64,000 bases of DNA from Lachnoclostridium sp. UBA5725 (GTDB lineage: Bacteria > Bacillota > Clostridia > Lachnospirales > Lachnospiraceae), in contig DIGJ01000018.1 in the NCBI GenBank assembly GCA_002419585.1, positions 44,566-108,565 on the forward strand, written 5' to 3'. Positions 38,421 through 48,637 of this stretch are shown piece after piece. Each line of letters starts with the position of its first letter. The first letter of the stretch is position 1. The notes under the pieces are model-generated. The model had not been told where the DNA came from, made no database searches, and saw nothing but the letters and a program-made list of their open reading frames with translations. The position numbers and the translations under genes were made by a program.

Positions 38421-39545
38421 TTAGCCTAATGTAACAGTACCAAATACGATATTTCTCCAGTTTGTATCATATTCTTTGATTTTATAATTTGCTTTCAAGG
38501 CTGCATACACTTCATTAAATCCAGCATCTTCTGCCTCTGTAATTGCATCTTCAACCGCTTTATCGTATTTTGAAGGATCATTGTTATCAACCATACGGAA
38601 TACATAATAACCATCTTCTGCTTCTACGATTTCTGAAACATCACCATTTCCCATCGCAACAATCTTTTTCATGATGTCTTCACTAAATGTTTCATCCTTT
38701 GCTGTCAGAATGCTTTTCTTATAAGAGACAACGGCATCTTCGTCTTTTGAATCAACTACTTTACTCCAGTCATTACTATCTTTTGCTTTCTCTAATACGG
38801 TTTTTAATTCACTGTACATACTTGTTTTATCAGCTACCGCTTCCGTTTCTCCAGCATCATTTGTTGTAGTGGTTGGCGCGAAGAAATATTGAACGCTGTA
38901 ACCACGATAGGTATCATAATCAACACCCGCTTTGATTTCGTCATCATTGATATTAAGACTTTCCACCGTATCAGTTTTGTATCGTGATACAACTAATTCT
39001 TCCAATGCTTTTTCTGTTAATAAATCTTTTGTTAATCCTAATTTACTTGCTTTATCTGCTGTAAGTTCTTCGATTGACTGCGCTGCTGTTTCGGCTGCCT
39101 GTGTTTTTTCATCCTCGGTTGCTTCATAGCCTTTTGCTACTGCTTCCGCATAAATAATACGGTTGTATAAATAGTTTTCGATGGTCTGGCTTTTTAATGT
39201 ATCCTGAGTCGTTGTTCCATCCCCATTATCCATATTCCAGTAATCCTGCGTATACCCAAACTGAGAATAGAGGCTGGCCATCTGTGAACCAATTAATTCG
39301 GTCTGATAAAAATCATACATCAAATCTTTTTTGGATAATTTTTCGCCATTTACTGACAACAAGTATTTTGGAGCTAGTCCTTCCCATGCGACAATTCCAA
39401 TTACAGCTGCTAAGAGTAAAATAATAATGCCGGCGCCAATTCTTTTGCCAATTCCTCCTGCTGGTATATTATCTTTCGTCTTCTTTTTTGACTGTTTCGT
39501 TTCATTCATTGCTTTCTTTCCACTATTCACGTTTCCATCCTCCAT
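38421..39545 (-). CDS. membrane-anchored PpiC/parvulin-type peptidyl-prolyl isomerase (PrsA/SurA-like)
   Basis: N-terminal TM segment GAGIIILLLAAVIGIVAW, a SurA_N-like region, and a C-terminal GYYVFRM parvulin-type motif. Confidence 0.7.
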   Translation of the reverse strand: MEDGNVNSGKKAMNETKQSKKKTKDNIPAGGIGKRIGAGIIILLLAAVIGIVAWEGLAPKYLLSVNGEKLSKKDLMYDFYQTELIGSQMASLYSQFGYTQDYWNMDNGDGTTTQDTLKSQTIENYLYNRIIYAEAVAKGYEATEDEKTQAAETAAQSIEELTADKASKLGLTKDLLTEKALEELVVSRYKTDTVESLNINDDEIKAGVDYDTYRGYSVQYFFAPTTTTNDAGETEAVADKTSMYSELKTVLEKAKDSNDWSKVVDSKDEDAVVSYKKSILTAKDETFSEDIMKKIVAMGNGDVSEIVEAEDGYYVFRMVDNNDPSKYDKAVEDAITEAEDAGFNEVYAALKANYKIKEYDTNWRNIVFGTVTLG

Positions 39546-39549
39546 TTTA

Positions 39550-40650
39550 TCATTCTGGAATTTCGAGTGCGTCTTTTATATCTTCTTTACTTGACACCAC
39601 ATTCTTATCGTATGTAATAGCCCCTATTTCAATTGGATTCCATACTTTTTCCTGAATGGTTATTTCATATTCATTTTTTATCGTTTCATAGGCTTTTGAA
39701 AAAGCATCGTTCCAAGCAGCCTCTACCGCGCGATTCATCGCATCCTCATAGCTAACTTTGGAATCCTTATTTACCATTTTTATGATATAATAGCCATCCT
39801 CTTCTTCTACAACTTTATTTGCTATTTCTCCATTTGAAAGAGTAAGCGCTGTTTTTTCAAAATATGCTCCAAAGATTTCATCTCCCTTAATAAAGGTAAC
39901 TTCCGAAGATTCCAAGCCCTCCACGCGATTTTCTTCCATTAATAAATCTGAAAAGTCTGTTCCTTGCTTCGCTTGTTTCAAAAGCTTAACAGCCTCTTTA
40001 TACGCAGCTTGTTTTTCTTCCTTCGAAAACGCAATCATGTCACTATCGTTTGAAAATGTAACCGTTGGAACATATAGATATAATACATCATATTCCTTAT
40101 AATCTTCTTCATATATGGTAGAAGTTGCAGTTGCTTCGTCTACTTCCAACGTATCCCGAAAATCCTTTTCGTATGCATTTGCAATCGAAAGTTTGGTCAG
40201 TATTTCAACCAGCCGCTCTTTTGTGATACCCATGGCAAGTTTTTGCTGATCTGTCCATCTTGTCATCAAGGTTTCCACCTTTTTTGAAATTTCGTTCATC
40301 TCATCTTTTGAAACCTCATAACCAGCTTTCGCTGCCCTTTGATAGAAGATATCATTACGAATTGCAAGTTCCATGACATCTGATTTTGCTAACTCACGAT
40401 TAGTTGTCCCCGTCTCATCTTTTGTTTCCCAATAACTTTCACCAAAAAAAGCTTGATACGTTTCTTCCTTTGCATTACCATCCGCCTCTGTCTGGTAAAT
40501 GTAGTACATCATTTCATCCATATGAATCTTTGAATCATTCACCGTTATAACAACCGGTGTATCATTTTTTACTCTTTTTGAACATGCTGTTAATAAGAAA
40601 AGAAGAAGCATACTGAAAGCAAATACTAATCTTCTTTTATAGTTCACCAA
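39550..40650 (-). CDS. PrsA-like lipoprotein (SurA N-terminal plus degenerate parvulin domain)
   Basis: Lipobox LLFLLTAC, and DGYYIIKMV near the C-terminus. It is a tandem paralogue of the downstream gene. Confidence 0.7.
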   Translation of the reverse strand: MVNYKRRLVFAFSMLLLFLLTACSKRVKNDTPVVITVNDSKIHMDEMMYYIYQTEADGNAKEETYQAFFGESYWETKDETGTTNRELAKSDVMELAIRNDIFYQRAAKAGYEVSKDEMNEISKKVETLMTRWTDQQKLAMGITKERLVEILTKLSIANAYEKDFRDTLEVDEATATSTIYEEDYKEYDVLYLYVPTVTFSNDSDMIAFSKEEKQAAYKEAVKLLKQAKQGTDFSDLLMEENRVEGLESSEVTFIKGDEIFGAYFEKTALTLSNGEIANKVVEEEDGYYIIKMVNKDSKVSYEDAMNRAVEAAWNDAFSKAYETIKNEYEITIQEKVWNPIEIGAITYDKNVVSSKEDIKDALEIPE

Positions 40651-40824
40651 TACCCTCCTTAATTTTACAATAAACTCACCCTATTATTTTAACTGATATT
40701 CGTTATAAGTCAAGGTCTTAGGGTAAAGTTCACAGTATATTCATATTGTCAAATAATTTAACTTATGATACATTATATTAGTAATACTTATAAATTAATG
40801 AAAGAAAATGAGGAGGAACATCAC

Positions 40825-41724
40825 ATGGATATCAATCTGGAGTTATATAAGGTATTTTATCATGTTGCAAAAACACTTAGTTTCTCGGATGCTTCCAGGG
40901 AATTGTTCATTTCCCAATCAGCAGTCAGTCAATCGGTTAAAACCTTGGAAAAGCGCTTGAACCAGACTCTTTTTATCCGTAGCACAAAAAAAGTACAGCT
41001 CACAAAAGAAGGCGATTTGCTATTTAAACATATCGAGCCCGCAATCAATTTAATTGTACGTGGTGAAACACAATTATTAGATGCTTCTTCCTTAAAAGGT
41101 GGTCAGCTTCGTATTGGCGCGAGTGATACCATATGCAGGTACTTTCTCGTGCCTTATTTAAAACATTTTCATCAGATGTATCCAGGAGTCCATATCAAAG
41201 TTACAAATGGCACTTCCGTTCAATGTGTTGATTTGCTTGAATCCAATCAGGTGGACCTTATCATAACGAATTCACCAAATAAACGACTTGCCAACACACG
41301 TAATGTTTATGATGTCAAAGAATTTGGAGATGTTTTTATTGCAAGCAAAGAGGCCTTTCCTGAATTGGAAGAAAAAATTCTCAGCTATGAAGATCTTTTG
41401 ACGTACCCAATTTTAATGCTAGAATCCCATGCTACTACCAGTATTTTTTTGCATCAGTTGTTTTTAAAGCACCAGTTAGAATTAGCACCTTCGGTTGAAT
41501 TAAGCAGCAACGATTTGCTAATCGATTTAGCCAGAATTGGTCTAGGTATTGCTTTTGTACCTGATTTTTGCAGACATGAATTAAATGAAGATCTTATCGT
41601 TCTGAAAATAAAAGAGCCACTTCCAAAGCGAAAACTAGTCGTTGCTTATAATGACCAATTCCCACTCTGGCGTGTGGCTGAAGAATTTTTAAATATGTTG
41701 ACGAAAGAATCTATTCAACCGTAA
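40825..41724 (+). CDS. LysR-family transcriptional regulator
   Basis: LELYKVFYHVAKTLSFSDASRELFISQSAVSQSVKTLEKRL is a LysR HTH. The ATG at 40825 has a GAGGAGG SD. Confidence 0.85.
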   Translation: MDINLELYKVFYHVAKTLSFSDASRELFISQSAVSQSVKTLEKRLNQTLFIRSTKKVQLTKEGDLLFKHIEPAINLIVRGETQLLDASSLKGGQLRIGASDTICRYFLVPYLKHFHQMYPGVHIKVTNGTSVQCVDLLESNQVDLIITNSPNKRLANTRNVYDVKEFGDVFIASKEAFPELEEKILSYEDLLTYPILMLESHATTSIFLHQLFLKHQLELAPSVELSSNDLLIDLARIGLGIAFVPDFCRHELNEDLIVLKIKEPLPKRKLVVAYNDQFPLWRVAEEFLNMLTKESIQP

Positions 41725-43258
41725 AGGTTGCTACTGCCGTTTTTTCATGTCCCTTATCATCTCTGATGGTATAGGTAACGGTATATTTTCCATCTACAAG
41801 CTCAGATATTTTCACCTGTATCATACTGGAAATGTCTGAGCCATTATTATATGCTTTTACATCAATTAATGCCTGATAAGTCCCCATATAGGTATTGGCT
41901 GAGATGGTCCTATCCTTTACTCCTTCAAAAGAAAGGAAATTTGTGATGGTATAGGTTGCTGTCTGCTTTGTAATATTACGGCATTTATCTTTTACTGCAT
42001 AACTTATCTTATATTGCGTGGCATTTTCCTTTGTAATTGTTACCTTTACAGAAGAACCTGACACGGTAGAATAGTTATCCGAAACCGTTACATTTTCCAT
42101 TGCAAAATTACGATCTACGACCGTATCATTAGAAATCTCTTTATCCGTGATTCCAGTTAATACCGGCGCCTCTAAATCGACATAGACTTTTTTAACTTTT
42201 TTGGCTGTTTTTCCATTAGGAGCAGTCACTTTGTAAGTAGCCGTGTAAATTTCTAATTTATCCGTATTTTTTTCTTCTTTCAGTGTTACTTTTACACTAC
42301 CCGCTGCAAGCTCTTTCCCATGCCATACTGCTGTAACGCCATTCAAAAGTGTTGCTTCATCTGGATTTTCTTCTCCATTTAAGTAAAGGTTATATGCTCC
42401 CGTTATCTTTGGATTCACATTATCTTGAACTGTAAATACCGCTTCCGTTGTCGCTTTTTTGTTTAATCCATCGGTTACTTTATAAGTAACATAATATTTT
42501 CCTTCTACGGATGTATTAATTTTACTTACCTTTTTTCCCTGATACTTAATTGAAGTCTTAATGGATTTGCTAATATAAACATTCGTTGATGATACCGCAG
42601 ATACTCCGGTCAATAGGTTAACGGACTGTCCATATTCTAATGTTTTATTCTTCACACCCTTGATTACAGGCTGATTTTTTATGTATGGATTGTTTGCGCT
42701 CCAAATATCGGTTGGATCATAACCCATTTTAGAAGCGGCACTTACCTTAATCGCTTCTGGCTTTCCAAGTGGTCCTGGATCCTTGGAATCATAGATGGTA
42801 ACCGTCGTTCCAACTGGACAATTATCATAAATCCATTTTGCATCTTTTACATTCAGTCGAACACATCCATGGGAGCAAACAGAGCCTAGTTTGTTAAACT
42901 GAGCATTTGCCAAAGTAGCTGGATCTTTTTCGTAATACCATACCGAATGGAATAATACGCCCTTATTGATTCGAGTGCTATACTGTCCCCAGACATCTCC
43001 CATAAGAAGTCTCCAACGATATTTTTCTGGTGTCTTGAATGTTCCAAGTGGCGTATCCCATCCTGGTGAACAAAGCATTGCTTTTACAGGAATGGTGTAT
43101 TTTCCAGTTTCGTCTTTTTCATAAATAGTAACAACGCATTGTTTGCGATTTACCTTTATTAAATAAGGATACGAAGTTTCTGCTTCCGTTGTTGGAGTAA
43201 TTAAAATAAAAATACCCAAAATTAATGCCACGTATAGTATCCTAATCCTATTTTTCAT
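41711..43258 (-). CDS. L,D-transpeptidase (YkuD) with C-terminal Ig-like repeats
   Basis: It has a signal/TM segment, the YkuD active site SHGCVRL, and then about 4 repeats of a ~75-aa beta-rich module (YKVTD, YTIRDD). Confidence 0.8.
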   Translation of the reverse strand: MKNRIRILYVALILGIFILITPTTEAETSYPYLIKVNRKQCVVTIYEKDETGKYTIPVKAMLCSPGWDTPLGTFKTPEKYRWRLLMGDVWGQYSTRINKGVLFHSVWYYEKDPATLANAQFNKLGSVCSHGCVRLNVKDAKWIYDNCPVGTTVTIYDSKDPGPLGKPEAIKVSAASKMGYDPTDIWSANNPYIKNQPVIKGVKNKTLEYGQSVNLLTGVSAVSSTNVYISKSIKTSIKYQGKKVSKINTSVEGKYYVTYKVTDGLNKKATTEAVFTVQDNVNPKITGAYNLYLNGEENPDEATLLNGVTAVWHGKELAAGSVKVTLKEEKNTDKLEIYTATYKVTAPNGKTAKKVKKVYVDLEAPVLTGITDKEISNDTVVDRNFAMENVTVSDNYSTVSGSSVKVTITKENATQYKISYAVKDKCRNITKQTATYTITNFLSFEGVKDRTISANTYMGTYQALIDVKAYNNGSDISSMIQVKISELVDGKYTVTYTIRDDKGHEKTAVATFTVE

Positions 43259-43399
43259 ACAAATTCTCCTTAAAATAAATTATGTCAATTTTACCTTACT
43301 ATATAATACCAATATGTCCATTATGTGTCAATTTTATTTGAAATGCATAAAATAGGAATGAACACTTAATATACAATTTATTCAAAAGAAGGAGAGAAT

Positions 43400-43993
43400 A
43401 TGTCCCATATTATTAATTTTTTTAATCGATTTGGTCTTCTTGCCATGTTTCTATGTATTTTATTAGAATATGGATGTTTTCCAGTATCCAGTGAAGTCGT
43501 TCTTCCGTTATCTGGCTGTATGGCATCCATGCAAAAAATTCCTTTTATTCCAATGGTTTTATTAAGTATACTTGCCGGCTTAATCGGCACCAGCTTTTGT
43601 TTTTTCATCGGAAGAATTGGTGGAACGCGTGCTCTAGCACGAATTTCGAATCGCTTCCCAAAAACAAAAAAGCCCCTGAGGGCTTCTTTTCAAACCTTTG
43701 AAAAGTATGGAATATGGGCCGTTGGGATAGGGCGCGTCATCCCAATCTGTCGTACATATATTGCTTTTGTTGCTGGCGTTTCCAACCAGTCCTATCTCAA
43801 ATTTTTGATTGCATCTATGGTTGGAATCTCTATATGGAATACCTTACTGATCGGTTTTGGTTATCTGCTAAAAGATAACTGGTATTTAGTTGTCAGTTTT
43901 TATGACCAGTATAAGCATATTCTAATGCTTGTTATTATATTTATTCTATCGCTTTACCTGATTCAATTACTTCTTAAAAAGCAAGAATTATAG
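43400..43993 (+). CDS. DedA-family membrane protein
   Basis: LEYGCFPVSSEVVLPLSG and GRVIPICRTYIAFVAGV are SNARE-associated/DedA motifs. Confidence 0.85.
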   Translation: MSHIINFFNRFGLLAMFLCILLEYGCFPVSSEVVLPLSGCMASMQKIPFIPMVLLSILAGLIGTSFCFFIGRIGGTRALARISNRFPKTKKPLRASFQTFEKYGIWAVGIGRVIPICRTYIAFVAGVSNQSYLKFLIASMVGISIWNTLLIGFGYLLKDNWYLVVSFYDQYKHILMLVIIFILSLYLIQLLLKKQEL

Positions 43994-44734
43994 ATAACTT
44001 ACATCCTCTAAAAAGAGTCCTCTTGCCTCAGCAGTTGGGCCTGCATTTTCACGATTCAAGCTGGTGATAATGGATTCCATTTTACTTGGTGCGACATTCC
44101 CACGTCCTATTTCGATTAACGTACCAATAATAATACGCGCCATGTGTGGCCAGAAGTCATCTGCTTTTATCGTTATTAAGATTTCTTTCACATCCCCGTA
44201 AACTTCTAATTCAAAAATTTCACGTTCCGTAGACTTTTTCATTCGCTTGTTATCAGAAAAGCTTTTAAAATCGTGTTTTCCAATAAAAGCTTTTGCTGCT
44301 TCTTTCATTGCCCCTACATCAAGTGCATCAAAGCTATAGTAGTTATATTTTCGTTCAAAAACAGAAGCAACTTCACCTAATGAAATCTTATACTGATAGG
44401 TAAATGATGTTGCATTAAAACAACTGTGAAAACGTTCTGGTACTTCCCACACCTCAAGCACTGCAATGTCTCTTGGAAGATAACGATTCAAATAATGCTT
44501 GATTTCATAGAGCTTTTTTGTTGAATTGGTCTTAAAGTTTGCGATTTGTCCATAGGCATGTACCCCTGCTTCTGTTCTTGCCGCTCCGATCAATTCAATT
44601 TTCTCATCCTCCATTTTACAAAGGACATCTTCTACCTTGTCTTGAATGGTAATACTTTTATCAACATTTGGCTGTTTTTGCCATCCATCATATCTGGAGC
44701 CATCATATTCTAATAATAATTTTATATTTCTCAT
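43988..44734 (-). CDS. truA: tRNA pseudouridine(38-40) synthase
   Basis: LLLEYDGSRYDGWQKQ and GAARTEAGVHA, with the catalytic-Asp-type context RTD/E. Confidence 0.9.
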   Translation of the reverse strand: MRNIKLLLEYDGSRYDGWQKQPNVDKSITIQDKVEDVLCKMEDEKIELIGAARTEAGVHAYGQIANFKTNSTKKLYEIKHYLNRYLPRDIAVLEVWEVPERFHSCFNATSFTYQYKISLGEVASVFERKYNYYSFDALDVGAMKEAAKAFIGKHDFKSFSDNKRMKKSTEREIFELEVYGDVKEILITIKADDFWPHMARIIIGTLIEIGRGNVAPSKMESIITSLNRENAGPTAEARGLFLEDVSYL

Positions 44735-44860
44735 AGTTCTCCTATTCTTACTACCTTTTGTATTTTCTTATATTGTACACTGTAAGTCGCCACAAATCAA
44801 TCATACACAACATTTATCCCCCTATTGCACTCCTTCCATGTAACAGGGGGATCACTTTAT

Positions 44861-45415
44861 TTATAGATTTTGAAGAATTCCCATAAAAATGAGGAGACTT
44901 CCTGCAAATACACCACTTTTTTTTGCATCAAATGAATTTTTTAAGTTGCTTTTTTGCGTTAAATATTTTCCAATCCATAAAAAAAGTATTTGCATCAAGC
45001 CAACACTAAGAGGCATCCAAAAAAGAGAAACATGCAAGGTTGCAGCTGCAATTCCGATACTTAGAGAATCCGCAGAAAGCGCTACCCCAAGTAAAAACGC
45101 TTCTAAGAGATTGATATCCTTTGAATTGTCTAAATCACATAAGGTTTCTCCGTTCGCAAACAGAGCATTTTTGATAAACAAACAGCCAACTAAAATAAGT
45201 ATAACCGTTCCAATACACTGCGATACAATGATTGGAAAGTAGGCTAATATTTTTTGACCAGCGAAGATAGCCAGACCCATAACTACTGCATTGATGACAC
45301 CAATCATAAGTCTAGGCATCACCCCCATCCTAATTCCTTTCATTTCATAGGAAAACCCAATTCCAAGTGCATCTATACTTAATGATATTGACATCATTAT
45401 GATTCGAAATAACAT
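44861..45415 (-). CDS. MntP/YtaF-family (DUF204) membrane protein
   Basis: Two repeats carry the SIDAL/SADSL motifs (SLSIDALGIGF and ALSADSLSIGI). Confidence 0.7.
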   Translation of the reverse strand: MLFRIIMMSISLSIDALGIGFSYEMKGIRMGVMPRLMIGVINAVVMGLAIFAGQKILAYFPIIVSQCIGTVILILVGCLFIKNALFANGETLCDLDNSKDINLLEAFLLGVALSADSLSIGIAAATLHVSLFWMPLSVGLMQILFLWIGKYLTQKSNLKNSFDAKKSGVFAGSLLIFMGILQNL

Positions 45416-45501
45416 TTGATAACCAGCCTTTTATTTTTACATTATTCATTTTCATCCCCCTTGGTGCATAAATTGTAATTAATCCATAGGAGGATATTTA
45501 T

Positions 45502-48135
45502 ATGTCAAATCAGGAAAACATTCATACGCTCCATCTTAGAGAAGCTATTGAACTTTTTTCAACCAATCAGATTACTGGTCTTAGCAGTGAAGAAGCCAAA
45601 CGACGCCTGACTACATACGGCTATAATCGCCTGGAAAAGGAAAAAAGAACGCCAATTATCATTCGTTTTTTTAAGCAGTTTGCAGATTTTATGATCATTA
45701 TTTTAATATTTGCTGCAATCATCTCCTTCTTAATTTCCTTTCTCCAAGGGAGCACTGATTATATTGATCCAATTATCATATTTGCAATTATTATTCTCAA
45801 TGCAATGATTGGAACAATACAAGAAGCTAAGGCTGAAAAATCATTAGAAGCATTAGAAAAATTGGCAAGTCCTACTGCGAAGGTACTTCGGGATGGTATT
45901 GTCAAAGTCATTCCCTCTGAACTTTTGGTTCCAGGTGATATTGTTTTACTAGAAACCGGTGATTTTGTTCCTGCCGATTTGAGACTGATCGAATCCTTTC
46001 AATTAAAAACAGATGAGTCCTCCTTAACGGGAGAATCTACCTCCGTTTCAAAAGGTCCTGACTTCGTTCTATCGAAAGATACGCCTTTGGCTGAGAGAAA
46101 AAACCTTTGTTTTTCCAGTTCTATGGTGACCATCGGGCATGGAATAGGTCTTGTCGTTAAAACGGGAATGCATACCGAAGTTGGAACAATCGCAAAGCTG
46201 ATTGCAGAAGTTAAGACACCTCTTACGCCCTTGCAAAAACGGTTAGCATCCCTTGGTAAAACACTTGGCATTCTTGCGCTTTTAATCTGTGGTGCAATTT
46301 TCTTGCTCGGAATCTTTCAAGGCAGACCGATATTAGATATGTTCATGACCAGCGTAAGTCTTGCCGTCGCTTCCATTCCAGAAGGACTTCCAATCGTTGT
46401 TACCATTATGCTTTCTCTTGGTGTACAGACCATGGCAAAGAAAAATACCATTGTAAGACGTCTTGCTTGCGTTGAAACGTTAGGTAGTGCTACCGTGATC
46501 TGTTCTGATAAAACGGGAACTCTGACTCAAAATAAGATGACAGTAACTCAACTTTGTTCTATCCAGGGAAATGAAACGCTTGATAGCGATTTTGCGCGTA
46601 ATCTTCTTCACTTTGCAAGCCTGTGCTGCGACAGTCGCATACAGTATGAAAATGGAAAAAAGGAAGTGTTTGGTGATTCCACGGAAAATGCAATCATATT
46701 AGCGGCGGATGCTTTGGGGATTGATAAATCGAAGCTTGATTTGCATCACAAAAGACTCAATGAAATTCCTTTTGACTCCAATCGAAAACGAATGTCTACG
46801 GTATATAAAGATGGTAACGATTATATTCAGGTAACCAAAGGAGCCTTTGACTTTTTACTTCCCTGCTGTACTCATATCTATAAGAATGGAAAATCTGTTT
46901 CAATTTCTCAAAATGACCAATTGCAATTAAAAAACTTAAATCAAAAACTAACGAACAAAGCGCTGCGTGTTATTGCGATTGCAACGAAGAATTTAAGTGA
47001 TCCAAAGCGGATAAGTGAAAGCTCTCTCACTTTTCTTGGATTAATCGGTATGATTGATCCTCCTCGTCCAGAGGTATTTCATGCGATTCAAACTTGTAAC
47101 CAAGCTGGAATTTTACCGATTATGATAACTGGAGATCATATAGCGACTGCTACTTCAATTGGAAAAGAATTAGGAATTATCAAAAATGAAAAAGAAGCTA
47201 CCACCGGAAACAGTCTTGATAAGCTATCCGATGATGAACTAAAAGACACGGTACTAGATTATCATATCTATGCCCGCGTTTCTCCAAAACACAAGGTTCG
47301 CATTGTAAAAGCGCTACAAAGTCTTGGGCATATTGTAGCTATGACAGGTGATGGAGTAAATGATGCACCTGCATTAAACGCAGCTGATATCGGTTGTGCT
47401 ATGGGTCAGTCCGGTACCGATGTTGCAAAAAGTGCTTCCGACATGATTCTTACCGATGATAATTTTGCAACCATCGTCACTGCAATCCGAGAAGGAAGAG
47501 GCATCTACGATAATATTAAAAAATCCATTCACTTCCTTTTATCTAGTAATATTGGAGAGCTTTTGACTATTTTCGCTGCAATTTTATGTAAACTTCCCAC
47601 ACCACTCCTTGCCATTCATTTATTATGGATTAATCTAATTACAGATTCCCTGCCAGCCATTTCGTTAGGAGTAGAACCTCTAGACAAAGATATTATGAAA
47701 CGTACCCCACAAGCACCGGATCAATCGATGTTTGCGGGTGGCCTCGGAATTAAAATTGCATCGGAAGGTCTTCTCATCGGTGCCTTGTCTCTATGCGCCT
47801 TTCTTCTTGGGTACCATCACTTAGACGGCAGCGGTGTGGAACTTGGGCGAACCATGTGTTTTACTGTTTTAAGCCTGTCACAGCTTTTTCACTCCTTTAA
47901 TATGAGAAGCAGCCGATCTATATTCGAAATTGGAATTTTTAGTAATCCTCAGCTCTTTTTCTCCTTCTTAATCTGCTTTGCTTTACAAACTAGTGTGGTC
48001 ACAATCAAACCGCTTCGCATGATTTTTCATGTATCCTCGCTCACCTTTTTTCAATGGGTAATCGTAATTTCCTTATCCTTGTGTCCGATTCTTGTTGTCG
48101 AATTGCAGAAAATGAGTTATAATAGAAAAAAATAA
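45502..48135 (+). CDS. P-type Ca2+-transporting ATPase (P2A, YloB-like)
   Basis: TGES, the phosphorylation site CSDKTGTLT, the hinge MTGDGVNDAPAL, and PEGLP in M4. Confidence 0.9.
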   Translation: MSNQENIHTLHLREAIELFSTNQITGLSSEEAKRRLTTYGYNRLEKEKRTPIIIRFFKQFADFMIIILIFAAIISFLISFLQGSTDYIDPIIIFAIIILNAMIGTIQEAKAEKSLEALEKLASPTAKVLRDGIVKVIPSELLVPGDIVLLETGDFVPADLRLIESFQLKTDESSLTGESTSVSKGPDFVLSKDTPLAERKNLCFSSSMVTIGHGIGLVVKTGMHTEVGTIAKLIAEVKTPLTPLQKRLASLGKTLGILALLICGAIFLLGIFQGRPILDMFMTSVSLAVASIPEGLPIVVTIMLSLGVQTMAKKNTIVRRLACVETLGSATVICSDKTGTLTQNKMTVTQLCSIQGNETLDSDFARNLLHFASLCCDSRIQYENGKKEVFGDSTENAIILAADALGIDKSKLDLHHKRLNEIPFDSNRKRMSTVYKDGNDYIQVTKGAFDFLLPCCTHIYKNGKSVSISQNDQLQLKNLNQKLTNKALRVIAIATKNLSDPKRISESSLTFLGLIGMIDPPRPEVFHAIQTCNQAGILPIMITGDHIATATSIGKELGIIKNEKEATTGNSLDKLSDDELKDTVLDYHIYARVSPKHKVRIVKALQSLGHIVAMTGDGVNDAPALNAADIGCAMGQSGTDVAKSASDMILTDDNFATIVTAIREGRGIYDNIKKSIHFLLSSNIGELLTIFAAILCKLPTPLLAIHLLWINLITDSLPAISLGVEPLDKDIMKRTPQAPDQSMFAGGLGIKIASEGLLIGALSLCAFLLGYHHLDGSGVELGRTMCFTVLSLSQLFHSFNMRSSRSIFEIGIFSNPQLFFSFLICFALQTSVVTIKPLRMIFHVSSLTFFQWVIVISLSLCPILVVELQKMSYNRKK

Positions 48136-48145
48136 CCAAAAGCGG

Positions 48146-48562
48146 GTGAATATTATCGAAACTTCTAGTATATCTAAGCGTAAATTAAGACCGTTTGATG
48201 CCGCAAATCGTGATGATTTTTCTATGTATAACAAGCTTCCATATTACCGTGACATTGACCTTTGCACACCAGAAATGATCACATTTGTCACTGGTAATGT
48301 GATAAAATACTTTCAGTATAATGTTCAGAGCGCCTTTGCGTTATCTGGAATTGATAATCTTGCAATTCTTAAAATCAAAGAATACCAAAAACGCGAAAGC
48401 GAACGTTTGGAATCTTTCTTTGAAAAGGATTCGAAGGAGGAGCTTTCTATCTCCAAAGATGAGGATGAAACAATGTACTTGGATGAAACAGTATTGGAAG
48501 TTCCAGAGACGAAAGCTCCAGAAAAGAAGCATTTGGATTATTTAGATATCGATTTTGAATAA
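48146..48562 (+). CDS. hypothetical protein with an acidic C-terminus
   Basis: GTG start with a weak SD and no recognisable domain. A bidirectional hairpin terminator follows at about 48565-48605. Confidence 0.4.
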   Translation: MNIIETSSISKRKLRPFDAANRDDFSMYNKLPYYRDIDLCTPEMITFVTGNVIKYFQYNVQSAFALSGIDNLAILKIKEYQKRESERLESFFEKDSKEELSISKDEDETMYLDETVLEVPETKAPEKKHLDYLDIDFE

Positions 48563-48637
48563 AAGGATGTATGAATGCAATTGCATTCCATACATCCTTT
48601 TGTATCCATTTCCTTCGTTTTTTGAAATCGTTTCGAC

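Noticed and set aside
41711-41724. 14-bp overlap of the convergent LysR and L,D-transpeptidase genes.
   Set aside because: This is a trivial 3'-end overlap of convergent genes. No additional signal is present.
43378-43608. 76-aa minus-strand ORF.
   Set aside because: It overlaps the 5' part of the well-supported DedA gene on the opposite strand, and it has no SD.
45416-45501. yybP-ykoY manganese riboswitch upstream of the MntP-like gene.
   Set aside because: The intergenic region is only 86 nt and is shared with the divergent Ca-ATPase gene. It lacks the conserved motifs.
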